Below, in pieces: positions 1-12,571 of a stretch of 64,000 nt of DNA (positions are counted from its first letter, which is position 1; the number at the start of each line of letters is the position of its first letter). The notes below the pieces were generated by a model that saw only the letters and a list, made by a program, of their open reading frames with translations, was not told the origin of the DNA and searched no databases. Where the stretch lies: NCBI GenBank assembly GCA_030704615.1, contig CM060731.1, positions 25,296,001 to 25,360,000 of the forward strand, given 5' to 3'. The translations under genes and the position numbers were made by a program. The stretch comes from Takakia lepidozioides. Its lineage: Eukaryota; Plantae; Bryophyta.

Positions 1-60
1 CATGCGTGAGTGCCATGCTCGCATCTCAGTTCGTTCGATTGGCATTCCTCTGATGTGCAG

Positions 61-2560
61 CTGGCAAGACTGACTACCGGGCGAGGATTCGCCTAACATC
101 GCAAGACAAAAATAAGTACAATACTCCTAAGTACCGGTTGGTCGTGAGATTTGTATCCTCAATTTGTGCAGGGAGAATAGCAGGTTTCAAAGCTGAATAA
201 GAAATGTGTTTCGTGAGATTAGGGCTTATGTGTTCTTGGAATTATGAGCTGCGAAAGTGCATTTAGAATCTGCACAAGTGACTGGACGCGCTGTCTTCTC
301 ATTGTTATGCAATTATCGTGTAGCTCGGAATGTTTCACTAAATTAGTTTCTTGTAAATCATATCTTCCTTAACGCTGCGCTCATATAGACCAACAAGGAT
401 ATTGTTGCACAAATCGCGTATGCCACCCTTGCCGGTGACATTGTTCTTACCGCAGCTTACGCGCATGAGCTTCCCCGCTATGGCCTAAAGGTGGGCCTTA
501 CAAATTATGCTGCAGGTAATTGACCCACCTGATCAGTGTCTGTGTTATGGTAAATCCTTTCTGGTGCCCAGTTGGTAGGTGTGCTTGCAGAGTTGCATTT
601 CTGGAATCTTGCTATTCAGTGTCATGGTTGCCTTTTTCTCTGGTTGATGTTTGTTGAGCACAAGAGGGGTGTGGGTTGTATGGTGCACAGCCTACTGCAC
701 AGGCCTTCTCTTGGCACGAAGGCATTTGAAGAATTTCGACCTGGATGAGGAATACATCGGGAATGAAGTGGTTAGTGATGTCTGCTTTACTCCGACATCT
801 TGGAATGACTGACATTGCCAAAAAACATGTGTACTGGCAAGCATTTTTGGTCCAGGGAACTTAGTATGTGTTGGAATATTTTTTGATACCGAAGAAGGCA
901 TCCAGCATGATTGCTTCAACTTGATGCTACTGTCTCTGGTGTTGACCTTTGTTGGGACTGGTTTGAGCTGTAGGAGTTAATGAGGACTTTTTGATGGATG
1001 TGATGCATGCAGGCTACTGGCGATGACTATAACGTTGAAGAAGGGGAGGGAAAGCGGCCCTTCAGAGCCCTTCTTGATGTGGGTCTTGTCCGAACTACAA
1101 CTGGCAACAGGGTCTTTGGAGCACTCAAGGTGCGTCAGTTTGTAAGTGAAAGAGATTAGGTCGCTGGTACATTTTTGTGCTGTTTCTGTTGCTGGAGGAC
1201 AGGTGTGAAAGCCAAACTCAGCTCAGTAAAGAACATAGGGTTTAGTGAGAAAACAAGCAAATCTGGTGATAATGTTTCTTGGAACCCATGTAAATGTGCT
1301 GTGGCGTCCTTTAATAGTCAGCTGTGGAATGAAACGTACTTCTGCTTGCACCTTAGTATCTCTCCTGTCAAAACTCACTAATATGTGGAATTTCTTTAAG
1401 CATTTAGAGAATTGCATATAGAGTGTGTCAGTGACTCTTAGAATTTGGGACTTTTACAGGGTGCTCTCGATGGAGGGTTGGACATCCCTCATGGCGAAAA
1501 GAGGTTCCCTGGCTACGGCAAGGAAGATAAGGTTTTGAATGCCGACACCCACCGGAAGTACATCTTGGGTGGTCACATCGGGGATTACATGAAGGTTTGA
1601 ATTTTACGTGTTAATTTTACGAGTATTGGTGTTACAGAGCCAATGATTTGACAGTAAAAAAGTGTGCCACTTACTGCAGTACTGGCATTCCCATGGCACA
1701 GTAGTGTTCAAGCTGTTGTTCTGATTCTTGTCAAATATAACTCTTAATTGTAGTTGTGGTGTGGATCATCACAGCTCCTGAAGGAAGAGGAGCCCGAGAA
1801 ATACCAGGCACAATTTAGCAGTTTCGTGAAGGAAGGTGTGGAGCCCGAGGGGCTTGCAGATCTGTACACCAAAGTGCATGCGGCAATCCGGGCAGACCCA
1901 TCTCTCCAGCACACCGAGAAGAAACCTCCAGCGGAGAAGAAAACGTAAGTCTTCAATTCCTGATGGATCTTTTTCTTTGGGCTCTTGCAAATTACATTCA
2001 ATCTCTGTAGGCAAATCTTGAGGAACTATAGTTATTGAAAGGGCAACTGTTGTTCAAAGCAGTGGCCATACAAGGGGTGCTTCTCTACTATGCACAGTAT
2101 TACCCATAGTGTTTTGTTCCCCAACTTCGTAGAGCTGTTTGATATCACATTTTGTAGCAAGTGAAATGTTTGCTTCTATGTTATGGCCTTGTAGGGTGGA
2201 GACAGGTCTCACTTGCTCTTAGATGGCCATGTTGTCTTGTCCACTGCATTCAGACCTTACCTCTGCAAGTAGTGTGCATATCTACATGAACACTTCCGAT
2301 GTTTTTTCTTCTGTTTCTTTTTTAAGATTGTTAAACTGGAAGTTCACTATTTAGGCTACTTGTGAAGCCTCTATTGTCATCTTTTTGGGTAATTGCATGG
2401 TTACACCAGGAAAATCAGGAAGATGGTTGTTGGTCCTTACTTGACGACTTTTCACCATCTCTGTGATGATAGGTGGAAGATGAAGAAACTGTCCTATGAT
2501 GAGCGCAAGGCAGCTCTGGTGGCACGTTTGAATGCTTTAAACGAGGAGGAGGATGATTAG
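61..2560 (+). CDS. RPL5: 60S ribosomal protein L5 (uL18), 5'-incomplete; exons 61-152, 389-515, 691-770, 1013-1129, 1460-1594, 1775-1944, 2473-2560
   Basis: Spliced translation gives [27 protein letters not shown] / [39 protein letters not shown] / [37 protein letters not shown], ending in TAG at 2558-2560. All introns are GT-AG with matching phases. Confidence 0.97.
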
Positions 2561-4002
2561 AGGATTAATCTGCCAAACATTGCATATTTTTCGGTGCATC
2601 TCAGTTAAACCTGGGGTTTTGTGTAATCATTGGAGGGGTATTGTCCCCACTCCTAAAGCAATGGAGAGTGTATTCTGCTGGTATGTTATGTTTTGGAAAC
2701 TGGGCAATAGTATGCAAGCTGTGCCAATCTTTTTATTTTTAGTTTAATTTCTTTCCAAACCATAAACACAGTGACCTGTTTGCAAGTCACATATTGACAG
2801 TTGGTGTGGCAGAAAAAGGAAAATTTCAACCTTTACTTCATAAGGAGGGAGAATGATGGCCACTTTAGACTGCGGAGTAAGAACAACTCAAAATAGAATG
2901 ATCGTATATTGGTTGAGGGTGTTTACTTGGTTGTATTGCCTTTACACTATGGACGAGTTGAAGACAAAAAGGAATGTCTAGATGTCAATTATTGGGGGAG
3001 ATTGATGGTCCAGGGATGAAGAAAGGTAACCATGTTGTTTGGAAGAGCTATTTTTGGAACCTGGATCAAGTATGGAAAACAAGCACAGGAAGTTTGTTAA
3101 ATGATGTCTCAAGGTCAAGCCAGGAAAATGAAGGTTGGGCTGTTTCACTTTATTTTAGAGAGGGAGAAAAATGAAGACTTGTCTCCTCTTTCACTTTATT
3201 TTCGGTTTTCTTGGTCTTGGTCCCAAGGGCTTAACACACTCCGAGTGTGGTGGGAAGGATGTAAGGCATGCCTTTGCCAAAGCAGACGCTCATATGGTAT
3301 CAATCCATCCCAACATCCAAAAGACACATCTGTGGCTATGGACCCATGACTGGCTCTAACCTCTCAGCCATCCGAATGATGTTAATATTTCAATATGCAT
3401 GTAGGGACCAAGATTTAGAATCCAGAGCTTTCTCTATCAATAGGTTTAACTGATTCTTACCCTGGATTGTGCAAGAAATGACAAGTGGTGTCTGCATGGG
3501 TAGACTTGTATTCCCTTTTCAATATATATATATATATATATATGTACATGTTGGTGAGTGGGTATTCTTTGATGTTGTAGATGTAGGTGTTGAAAGACCA
3601 AGTAACAGAGCTGAGGACAGGGTTTAGTTGACTGTAAAGCTTCAATCATCAACCACATCTAGAATCCTTAACTGAGTATATTTCACTCATAATCCAATCC
3701 GACGCAAGTGGAAAGTCTGTTATGGCCAAGGTAGTGGGTCTCAACTCATTACTGCACAATTTACACGCAGACTGTAGCAGAGAGTGATAAGGTCTCCAAA
3801 TAAGGGTGAGGTACTGAGGCTGCCCTCTTTGCTGCATGCCATTCCCAATGAGGAAGTGAGGCATGACAATTTTGCAATCTGTTAATCACCTATGATACAG
3901 CATGTAAAATACCTGATGAGGTCTTCATGAGCCAGCTGGCCTGATTCATTTAGCTCAAGCTTGATTCAATCAATGAGATCACACCATCTTGTATGCCGAT
4001 AC

Positions 4003-7000
4003 TTAAATCTGTCCAAGGTGAGGTAGAGGGTGCAGGAGAGGTTGATTTTTCTGTCTACCGCCAGCTTCTCGTCGTAAGATGTCGTCCAGACTTGCAACAG
4101 CTTCCAGTATGTGAGGGCCTTTATTGAGCATTACACACTCCGCCCTGTTACATCACCACCACCAGCAACAAGCAAGCATGTCAGTCTCTTAGTTTACATG
4201 AACTCTCTACTGCATTGCTCAATATCTGCAAACAGATTTGTTCTTGTCAGTCCCAGCATAGTTGAGCACAACAAGATCATTCAAGTACCAGTTCAAGAGT
4301 ACACTGAGCTGGCCTTAACTGTAGACAGTGATATCTGAGATCATCTGAGAAAATAGCATGCACTATATCCCACAAATGAGTTAAAGCTGCTCTGCATGAT
4401 GGACCAGTTCACAGTAAACAACCAAAATTTGGTAGTCAAATGCACGAAGCACCTGGAACCTGATGCGGCATCAGTGATCTCTGCCCGAGTAGGTATCCCT
4501 GATTTCGCCAAGCCTTCAAGTACTTGTGTTGCCCAAATTGTTGGGACATGTGCGGCTTCACACAGCAACAAGATCTGGTCCTGCATTTCTGCGAGTCGCT
4601 GCCACCCACACTCAACTGCCATGTCACCACGAGCCACCATGACTCCCAGAGGGTTCCCAGCTTCCATGGCTTCCAATAATATTGCTGGCAGGCTTTGAAA
4701 CCCCAACTCTGTCTCAATTTTCAACACAATTCCAAGGTTATTTCTAGCCCCTCTCTTCTTCAGCTCGTCAAAAAGACATCGCACATCAGCAGGCCCATTG
4801 ACAAAGGAGAGAGCCAAAATATCGGCATTTTCAGCAACAAACTCCAGGTCACCAACATCCTTCTGTGTCAATCCAGACACTGCTAAGTCACTTAATGGCA
4901 GATTAATGGCCTTCTCCCCTCTCAGTTTTCGTCCCTTATGATCCCCAGCATCAACAATCTCAACACAAATTTCTGCAGGAGAAACACTAGAGATTACACC
5001 CACTAATTTTCCATCATCAAACTTGACTGGTTCGCCAGCCTTTACAGTGTCAAACACCTGTTCCAACGTGCAGTTAACTATGGCTGGAGCCAAGACCACA
5101 CCGGATTTGTCAATGTAGGCAGGGGCACCTAACACAGGCTCCCTTGCAAGCACAAGTGTGTCCCCTGATTTAAGAACAATTGCTTGCTCGATTTGTGGCA
5201 ATTGGCTCACATGCACCCTTCCCTTCTTTCGCACTTTCTGTAAACTCAGTTCCTGTCTCAATGTATGCTGTACTACTGCACTCAGCCCATATTCCAGCAG
5301 CCACTTTGCTTTTCTCCACCACATGAAGCTCAGGCCGCCGACCTCTCCCATCCTTAAACTTCAGCATGTCGCCATTGTGAATCTTCTTCATCCATTCTGA
5401 GCCTTCTACAATTGGTATGCTGGCATCTGGAACCCTCTCCTCAGAAGGCTTCACACCTGCAGTGGCCAACCACACACAAGCAGGAGTGATGACCTCTCCC
5501 ACATCGTCCTTGATCAGCTGGATTTTAATTACTGAAGGTCCATGTCTCATGGGCCCCGTGCGCAATTTTGGCCCTGCCAGATCCATCAGAACTCAGCATG
5601 GCTTCTCCAATAATTGTGAAAAGAATCGAACCTTTCTTACCATTTTTCTCCAAGAGTTAGGACTGTCATGGGCACAATTCACCCTTGCAATGTTCATGCC
5701 AGCTTTTAACAGACTTTGTATAAAGGTGTCATCATCTGCAGCCTCTGAGGGAAGTGTCACCATAACCTGGGCATTTCTACCAGAAGGGCAAGCTCCCAAC
5801 AATGCTTTTGCATTGGCAGACAGAACGCAATTGCCAGCCTGAAATGAGATCTCCTGTGACATGTTTTCCAGCATATTTACAGAAATTTCTGAAGTCCACT
5901 CTTCTGAAAGCCTACCTGGAAACTTTTCCAATGCCCTTTTTAGCAGCATGTCATCAATGGAACCTTTAGAACAAGGTCCCTCTCTTTGAGGCACTTGAGA
6001 GGAGATAGACAACCCAAAACCGTTCACTCCACCAAAGCGACGAGAATAATCTTCAGCAGCAGCATGCAGTAATGACCGGAGAATCGAGAGAACCGAAGTG
6101 ACACTAGCCATGGTGTGGGCCTCACAACTCTCAAGGCTACAAAGCCCAAGAGAGGCAAGAGTTTCTTGCAGCCCTGAGATCTCCAATGAACGTAGAGCCA
6201 CATAATGCAACAAGTTTCTAGCGCTCTCCCAATACTGCCTGCCACATGTGCCAGAAACACTTAGAAAAATTTGGTTCATATTCAGGCACTAACTTAATGT
6301 CACTTCAAACCTGACAGGACAAACTTCGTGATCATAGCTCTTCCCAACAGGGACTTCACTGAAATTAAGCTAGATAATGCAGTTAAAATTCCTTCCACAG
6401 CCTCTTCAAAGGCACAGACCAACCAAGTACCTTGTAGGACCCATGGGCATGCAAAGTGCATGCGAACAGCCTCGCACGCTTGATAATGAAAAACACACAG
6501 AGAAACCAAAAGCGCAACACCATCTCCTCAAGGATTAAAGCTATCTTGCAACCTTTCAAGCTGCATAAACCAACCATTCCAAGTTTTTCTCTCACATCTG
6601 TAAGACCACTGTTAGCTTTATCTGAGCCATCTTGTGTCTAACAGCTGGGTGAACTTCGTGAGATGAGAATTTAGGAAGATTATGCAATAAACCCTTAAAA
6701 TCTCTGCCACAAGAGTTGAAGCCCACAACGGTGTGACACTGTATGAGTTTCAATAACCTCAATGGAAAGCTAGTTATTGATCTAGTGTTGCAGCTGGTTC
6801 AAGTCCACCTAATTGCTCACACAACCCTCGAGCAAGAAAAGTTGTTGCTTTATCTTTGATATAGTTTGTTTCCACACACACCTGTGAACTTTTTTCAACT
6901 GAGGTTGGTGCGACCACTCCAGTACAAGTGCATGCAACTGAATGCCTTGTAGCTGGTCAATAATATCCATAAGCATTCGCTCATTCTCATCTGGAGAACT

Positions 7001-7583
7001 CGAAAGAAACCCACCATTCATCTCTCTCTTCTTGGCTGTGCCCTCCGAGCCCACGCTACATGTAGCTATCATAGACACTAATCCCTGCCCAGCTGCCTCT
7101 TCAACAATCTCTGCTGTCTTTTTCTTGGTGCCAAACTTCTTTTTCTTCCCTACCTGCCAGACTTGGTTTAAAAAACCTCTGTCGGTATATTCAACCTCTG
7201 GCACTGATGTCTTCAAGTTGTTTCTGTTGGCAGAAGCTGAATCAACTAGGAAATTTGGCGAGGATGAGTTTATCGAATATCTCAACTCAACTGACTCGGG
7301 TGCAGCATTGACTACCCGTTCTCTGCCATCCCCTTGGATTTTGGAGCACTCTTTGAGCCCTTGATTTCCATACACACTGGCTCAGGGCTAGGTGCTGATC
7401 GAGTAGTTGAATACAAGTGCGTGTGGATTCTCTTCCCCTTCCCTTTCCAGCAACAGCTAACCCTTTGCGAGAGGAAAATTTTCCCGTTGCATTCTTGCGG
7501 TCTTCTACCTGTGGATTTGAAGATGCAAAGCAGCACTCCATGTGAAAGGCTGCACCTTTTCTATGTGTTTGACTGGTACCCAT
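4003..7583 (-). pseudogene. Pyruvate kinase-like gene (plastidial PK4-type) with disabling lesions; exons ~7583-6882, 6238-4453, 4144-4003
   Basis: PK motifs: SARNLLHY.ALR, VMVTLP, GMNIARVNCAHD, MDLAGPKLRTG, FDDGKL.G, KAINLP, LKIET, MVARGDMAVECG, AAHVP.IWATQVLE, RAEITDAA, RAECVMLNKGP. In-frame TGA at 5593-5595, a 1-nt frameshift near 5242, and a probable further frameshift near 7375. The start codon is uncertain. Confidence 0.85.
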
Positions 7584-10500
7584 AAAATCTCTAAGTGTAG
7601 AGCACTGCACAGCCAAAGGCACAATGTGAGCTGACTATAAAGGAAGGTTCTGCTGTTCTGTTGCTCAGCTGGCCTGTAAAGAATGACAAGTTATAAGGTG
7701 CAATCGAAGAGAACAGTTTGCAACTCCAAGAGGTCACCACACACACAGACTGACAGACTGGAAGGTAGAGCCAGAAATGGAACAAAAACAATAGGAGGAA
7801 TAGTAGAGTAAGATGCATACAGTGACACCACCCATATAAACTTTGTTCTGTTCTGTAGCAGTTAAAATGGACCAACTCAGTACTCTCTCCATTAATTGAA
7901 CCAAACATATGATATTCATGTGCACATCTATGTCAGCTCCCTCACCAAAACAAAACCATTTCCTGCTCCCATAAACTAACTCTCAGTAAACTTCTGCCTT
8001 TCCTGAGGGAACGTGGAGGACCAAAATCAAACTCTATCCGTCACCAATGCTTACCACCCAATATCCGCTCTCCCCTCCTTCCCCTCCTCTTTTTTGACTG
8101 GTCTTCTCCCTCCCACCTATGGGCATGAACCACACGTAGCACCTGCTTCGCATTCCCCCTGCTCACTCAAACGCAGATTCTAAGTCCTAGCTACTTTCTA
8201 ATTCCTCGAGAAAGGTGAAACTCAAAGAGAACTGACCCCATCGTCAAGAGAAGCACAGCGAGAGAGGCCTGTTTGTACTGAGAAAGCAGTTAACATTGCA
8301 AAGCAACCGTCTAGAATCTCGTAGAGGGAAGATCACCTTCAGTAGAATTGTTGTGCTGACCTGTCGTAACATGGAAACACAAACACCAATTTAGAGAGGG
8401 GTTGCAATTCATCCGAAGTTCACAAGGCAATAGTTGCATGGCCGCTGTTGCTCATACGCAAATTCTTCAGAAGCACTTAAACCATCGTACTATAGAGATT
8501 ATGATCTCCTCGAGATTTGTCATATATTTCAAACACTTCGTAATCCTCCATGCATTCACTCCGTAAATACTCCTCAGAATTCGAACCTTCCAACATGGCA
8601 TCCATGTTTTTTCAGTTTCAGACGCAAGCTCATCTCAAACAAAAACTATTCTCCTCGATAAGAAGGTTATCAGCTCAAAGAACTGGAAACGGCTACCAAG
8701 AAACTCATCGTCAAACGACTACAAGAACGTTGAAATTGAGAGAAATCCACACAATTCAGTTTCTCTTAACAGCGCCGTCTTCACCCACCCTCAACCGACC
8801 CACCAAAGAAATGCGGACTTACAGCACCAACTTATTTACGAACTGTGCTTGAATCCAGAATGTTTTCCCAACAATGCGACCCTCCTGTCTGCTGTCGGGC
8901 CCGACTTGACTTAGAGTTTGAATTCTTCGGTTGGCACAGTAACCTGCAAGCAAGCACCTTTTACTTCCAGTGTGTCCAAAATGAGTGATGTAATTCTATA
9001 CCACCGATATATGCTCAGAGATTACAGAGTTAAGGAAATTGCAAGCAACACCCGGACCTTTAATACAACACAGTGTACAATGTGTTCAAAACACCGACCG
9101 AACATCCCGGGTCTTCACCTTCACATTGTCACCCCAATCTGACGAAGGAGACGATGAATCCCAAGAATTATAGAAGCCCAGCACAATGCGGAAACTAACG
9201 AAGCTACCAGAATTGAGTTCCGGAACGACATGAACTCTCCAGGCCTGCCCAAAAAATTTTGACAACACCTACATGCACCTTTGCGAGATCTCCGAAGTTG
9301 AAGAGAACCAAGTTTGAAATAGAAATAAAAAAGGAAAGACAAGAGGGAGGTGGAGACTCCAGACACAGACACCTCGCTCTCCTCCTCAGGACCTGTTTAA
9401 GTGTACTCAGGAAAACTGACTGTTATGGTTGTCTTCCGGATGACTTCCATCACTTATTCATCACTCCGTCCATCATCCATTCAAAGGAATTCCACGCATT
9501 ATTTATTGATTTAACTGTTTTTATGTAATTGTTTATTTTAACATGTTTAGCTACTTACTGTGTGGATGTCTGTCCACCGGTGGGCCCCACCAATCATTTT
9601 TCGAGGATCTAGAGAATTTTCTTTTATCGTTGGATCGGCCTCACATAGATTACATTCTGACCGTTGATGGTTCATTATCGTACGGTAAGATGCGAGTAAA
9701 TGTCTTCATCCATACGCAATAACAGATGTTCATCCACATTGTACATCCAAAAGTAAAATTTTGGTATAGCCGTCTATAGCCAAATATCTAGGCCGGGTAC
9801 AGCGAGGTATAGCCAGAGATTGATCTGGTCCGAGCGTAGCCAACAATAGTGTGTGGCCAACTTTGGGCCCTGTCGGAACTACCGTTAAAGTTGCCAGGTG
9901 GGCGAAGTCGTATTTTCAAAAATATAAATTAAAAAAGTAAATTGTGTAGTATCAATGCCAAAGGCCCTGGCCTAAAACAATATATATGCCAACCAGGGGA
10001 TAAATTAGTTTTGAGAGATTATATACCAATATATATATATATATATACCAACACACAAAAGCTGAAGTCTGATAGCCGGTTAGGCACTTGCCTGCCTCAT
10101 AATTATTTTTGGGGCCATTTGGCAGTTAGGCACTTTCAAAGAATTTTTTTCAATTGTAATTTTTCAAATTAGGCAATTAAAAACAAAATGAAAATACAAA
10201 AATACAACTGCTGCCATGGATGAAAATTGAAAATTGAGTCCATGAATGACGTTTTAAATGAACCTGCCTATCACCTGCGGCCCCACTGCCCTAGCAGCTT
10301 TCCTCCGCTCTTCTTGTTATGGAAAATGTCCGTGATATCTATCTTGATCTCAGTGTAGTTGATAGCATGTCAAGTAGATGTTTGGCAAATCTGCATATTG
10401 TAGACGAAGAGCTTCCTAGAGTCCGAAGGAGAGCTTGGATACCAGGCTAATTAGGATTAGATAGTTGAGTCAATGCAAGGACCTATGGAGGTTATATGGA

Positions 10501-11278
10501 GCTAGTGTAAGCATCAAATAGTATGAAGTAGAAAAAAACTGGATACCTCACTGTTAGTTTTATTTTTTATTTTAAATTTATAATTTAAAATCAAGTTTTT
10601 ATACCATTAGGCACTTTTAGAGAAATTTTTGAAAATTAGACACTCTTTGAGGATAATTTTTTTAAATTACACAGTCCTGTAAAAAAATAATTTATTTAGA
10701 TTAGGCACCATTTTTTTTAATTAATTTCTGCCAAATCCACGCACGTCCACTCCATCACTCCACTCTGTCACTTCCACGCCGGTCTTTAAACGCATATGCA
10801 AGAAGGCAGGTTTCATGAGGTTGACTCGGCTCCATGTCGTGAACGCAACTTGGGCTGCAAGAAGAGACGCACTAGGAGATATGCAATAATCATCTTTGCA
10901 AGCTTTTATGGTAGTTCCTTCCCCATCTGGACTCTTAGAAGCTTTGATGGGTTCTCGCTCATAAAGAGAGACTTTCTTCCTTGCAATTGGGTTGGGTAGT
11001 GTCGGTGCCATCTCCATCAACAATTTTTGTTGACTAATAGTTGTATATTTAATTATGTGCAGTCGACACTCGACGCAATCACTAATATGCAAAACTAGAC
11101 ACAATCATTTTGTTCCGCCCACAAAAGCATGGGTAATGACCTATCGCAAAATGCACGTAACAATTCGTTAGCAAAATAAAACAACCTCGCGTCGTCCCTT
11201 ATACACAAAACCAAACACAACTCACTTTGTTTCACCCACAAAACCATTGGATAATGACCTACGCAACAATACTCTGAA

Positions 11279-11420
11279 ATTTCGCTGGTGAAACTCGATA
11301 CCTTGACTTACTTCGCTGACGAAACTCGATACCTTGATTTATTTCACTGGTGAAACCTGATACCTAGATTTGTTTCTTTGTCAAAACTCGATACCTTGAT
11401 TATTTTGTTGGCGAAACCGT
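11279..11420. repeat. Degenerate ~31-bp tandem repeat (TTCGCTGGTGAAACTCGATACCTTGATTTAT-like), ~4.5 copies
   Basis: GAAACTCGATACCTTGA recurs at ~31-bp spacing. Confidence 0.8.
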
Positions 11421-12571
11421 TGTTTGCCTCATTATGATAAATTGTTCCATTATTGTTTGATATTTGTGCATTTTGGATGATGTTGGTTATTGTGATTTTA
11501 TTTTTCCCTAATGTGTTATTTTTTTTTGTAGGATACCAAAGCTGTAAATATTTGGAACTTGGAGTTTGTAGATATACATTAGGGGTGCCTATTTCGCATC
11601 AGGGTTTAGGGACAGAAATAGGCACAGAGACCCTTATTTCGCGTGTAGGAGCCCTATTCGGGTGTATTCTTTTTTCGTGGAAACATGGGTACCCTATTGC
11701 CATATTTTGTGCTCACGACTCCATTTTCCTGTGCTCACGTTCTACCAACCCCACTTGCAATTACAGTCCGACTCTTGCCCATTTCTAACTAGGAATCTCT
11801 TCCAAAGCTTTCGGAATTGAGAGAAACACTTGCAGCTTAGCACTCCATGGAAATAGAAGAGATGAGAGAGACATGACATGTTGAATCTGTGCAGGTGAAC
11901 GAGCATATAAGGAGGCAAAGCTATATGTATCATTGCACAGTGAACGACTAATAATAGTCTAACTTTGCCGGGACTTTACCACAATGAACAGAAACACTTC
12001 TAGTAAAAGTCTACACATGTTGCCCGGGGCTTCACCACAACGAAAGGAAACCCATCTACAAGGCGTCTTATATGCAAAAGCCTCCGTGTCACAAGAGTTT
12101 TGAAGGATTGAAGAGTTCTGTTTCTGTGAGAAGGTCAGAACACATGATCCGACATCCTCAGAAGGATTGAGACACATCTTTGAAGGACAAAACACCAGCA
12201 TAGTGACACAAGCACAAGCCATAGTTGAACTGTAAGGTTTATCATTACAAGGAAAACCACCTCACATGTCACACACTGTTTTTGCACCAGGCAAGCGAAC
12301 CCAAGGAACAAGTTGGTTATCTCCATCTGGCCCCTTAAGAAGCTCTGTGAAACGGAAGAGAAATAGGAGGGCTTGCAAAGAACAGATCTGCCGCAAGCTA
12401 TTTCCGGTGGAATTTCTTAAGTTGATCCTGAAAATGCTTGATTTGTCACAAAATCGACAACCGACAACCTTCTGACCTACTACTGCAGAAGCAGATGAAG
12501 AATAAGGCAACTGGTCCATCAACCTTAAGACCCGCCAACCTTCACCTCCAAACTGTAGGGGGACTAACTGC

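Noticed and set aside
1640-1730. Intronic box C/D snoRNA in RPL5
   Set aside because: Only an imperfect C box and a CTGA. No convincing terminal stem or recognisable rRNA guide.
5593-5595. TGA restored to CGA by U-to-C RNA editing
   Set aside because: Such editing is known from plant organelles. This is a spliceosomal nuclear gene that also has frameshifts.
10079-10710. Transposon defined by repeated TTAGGCAC motifs
   Set aside because: The motif cluster suggests a decayed DNA transposon, but no TIR pair, TSD or transposase motif could be fixed.
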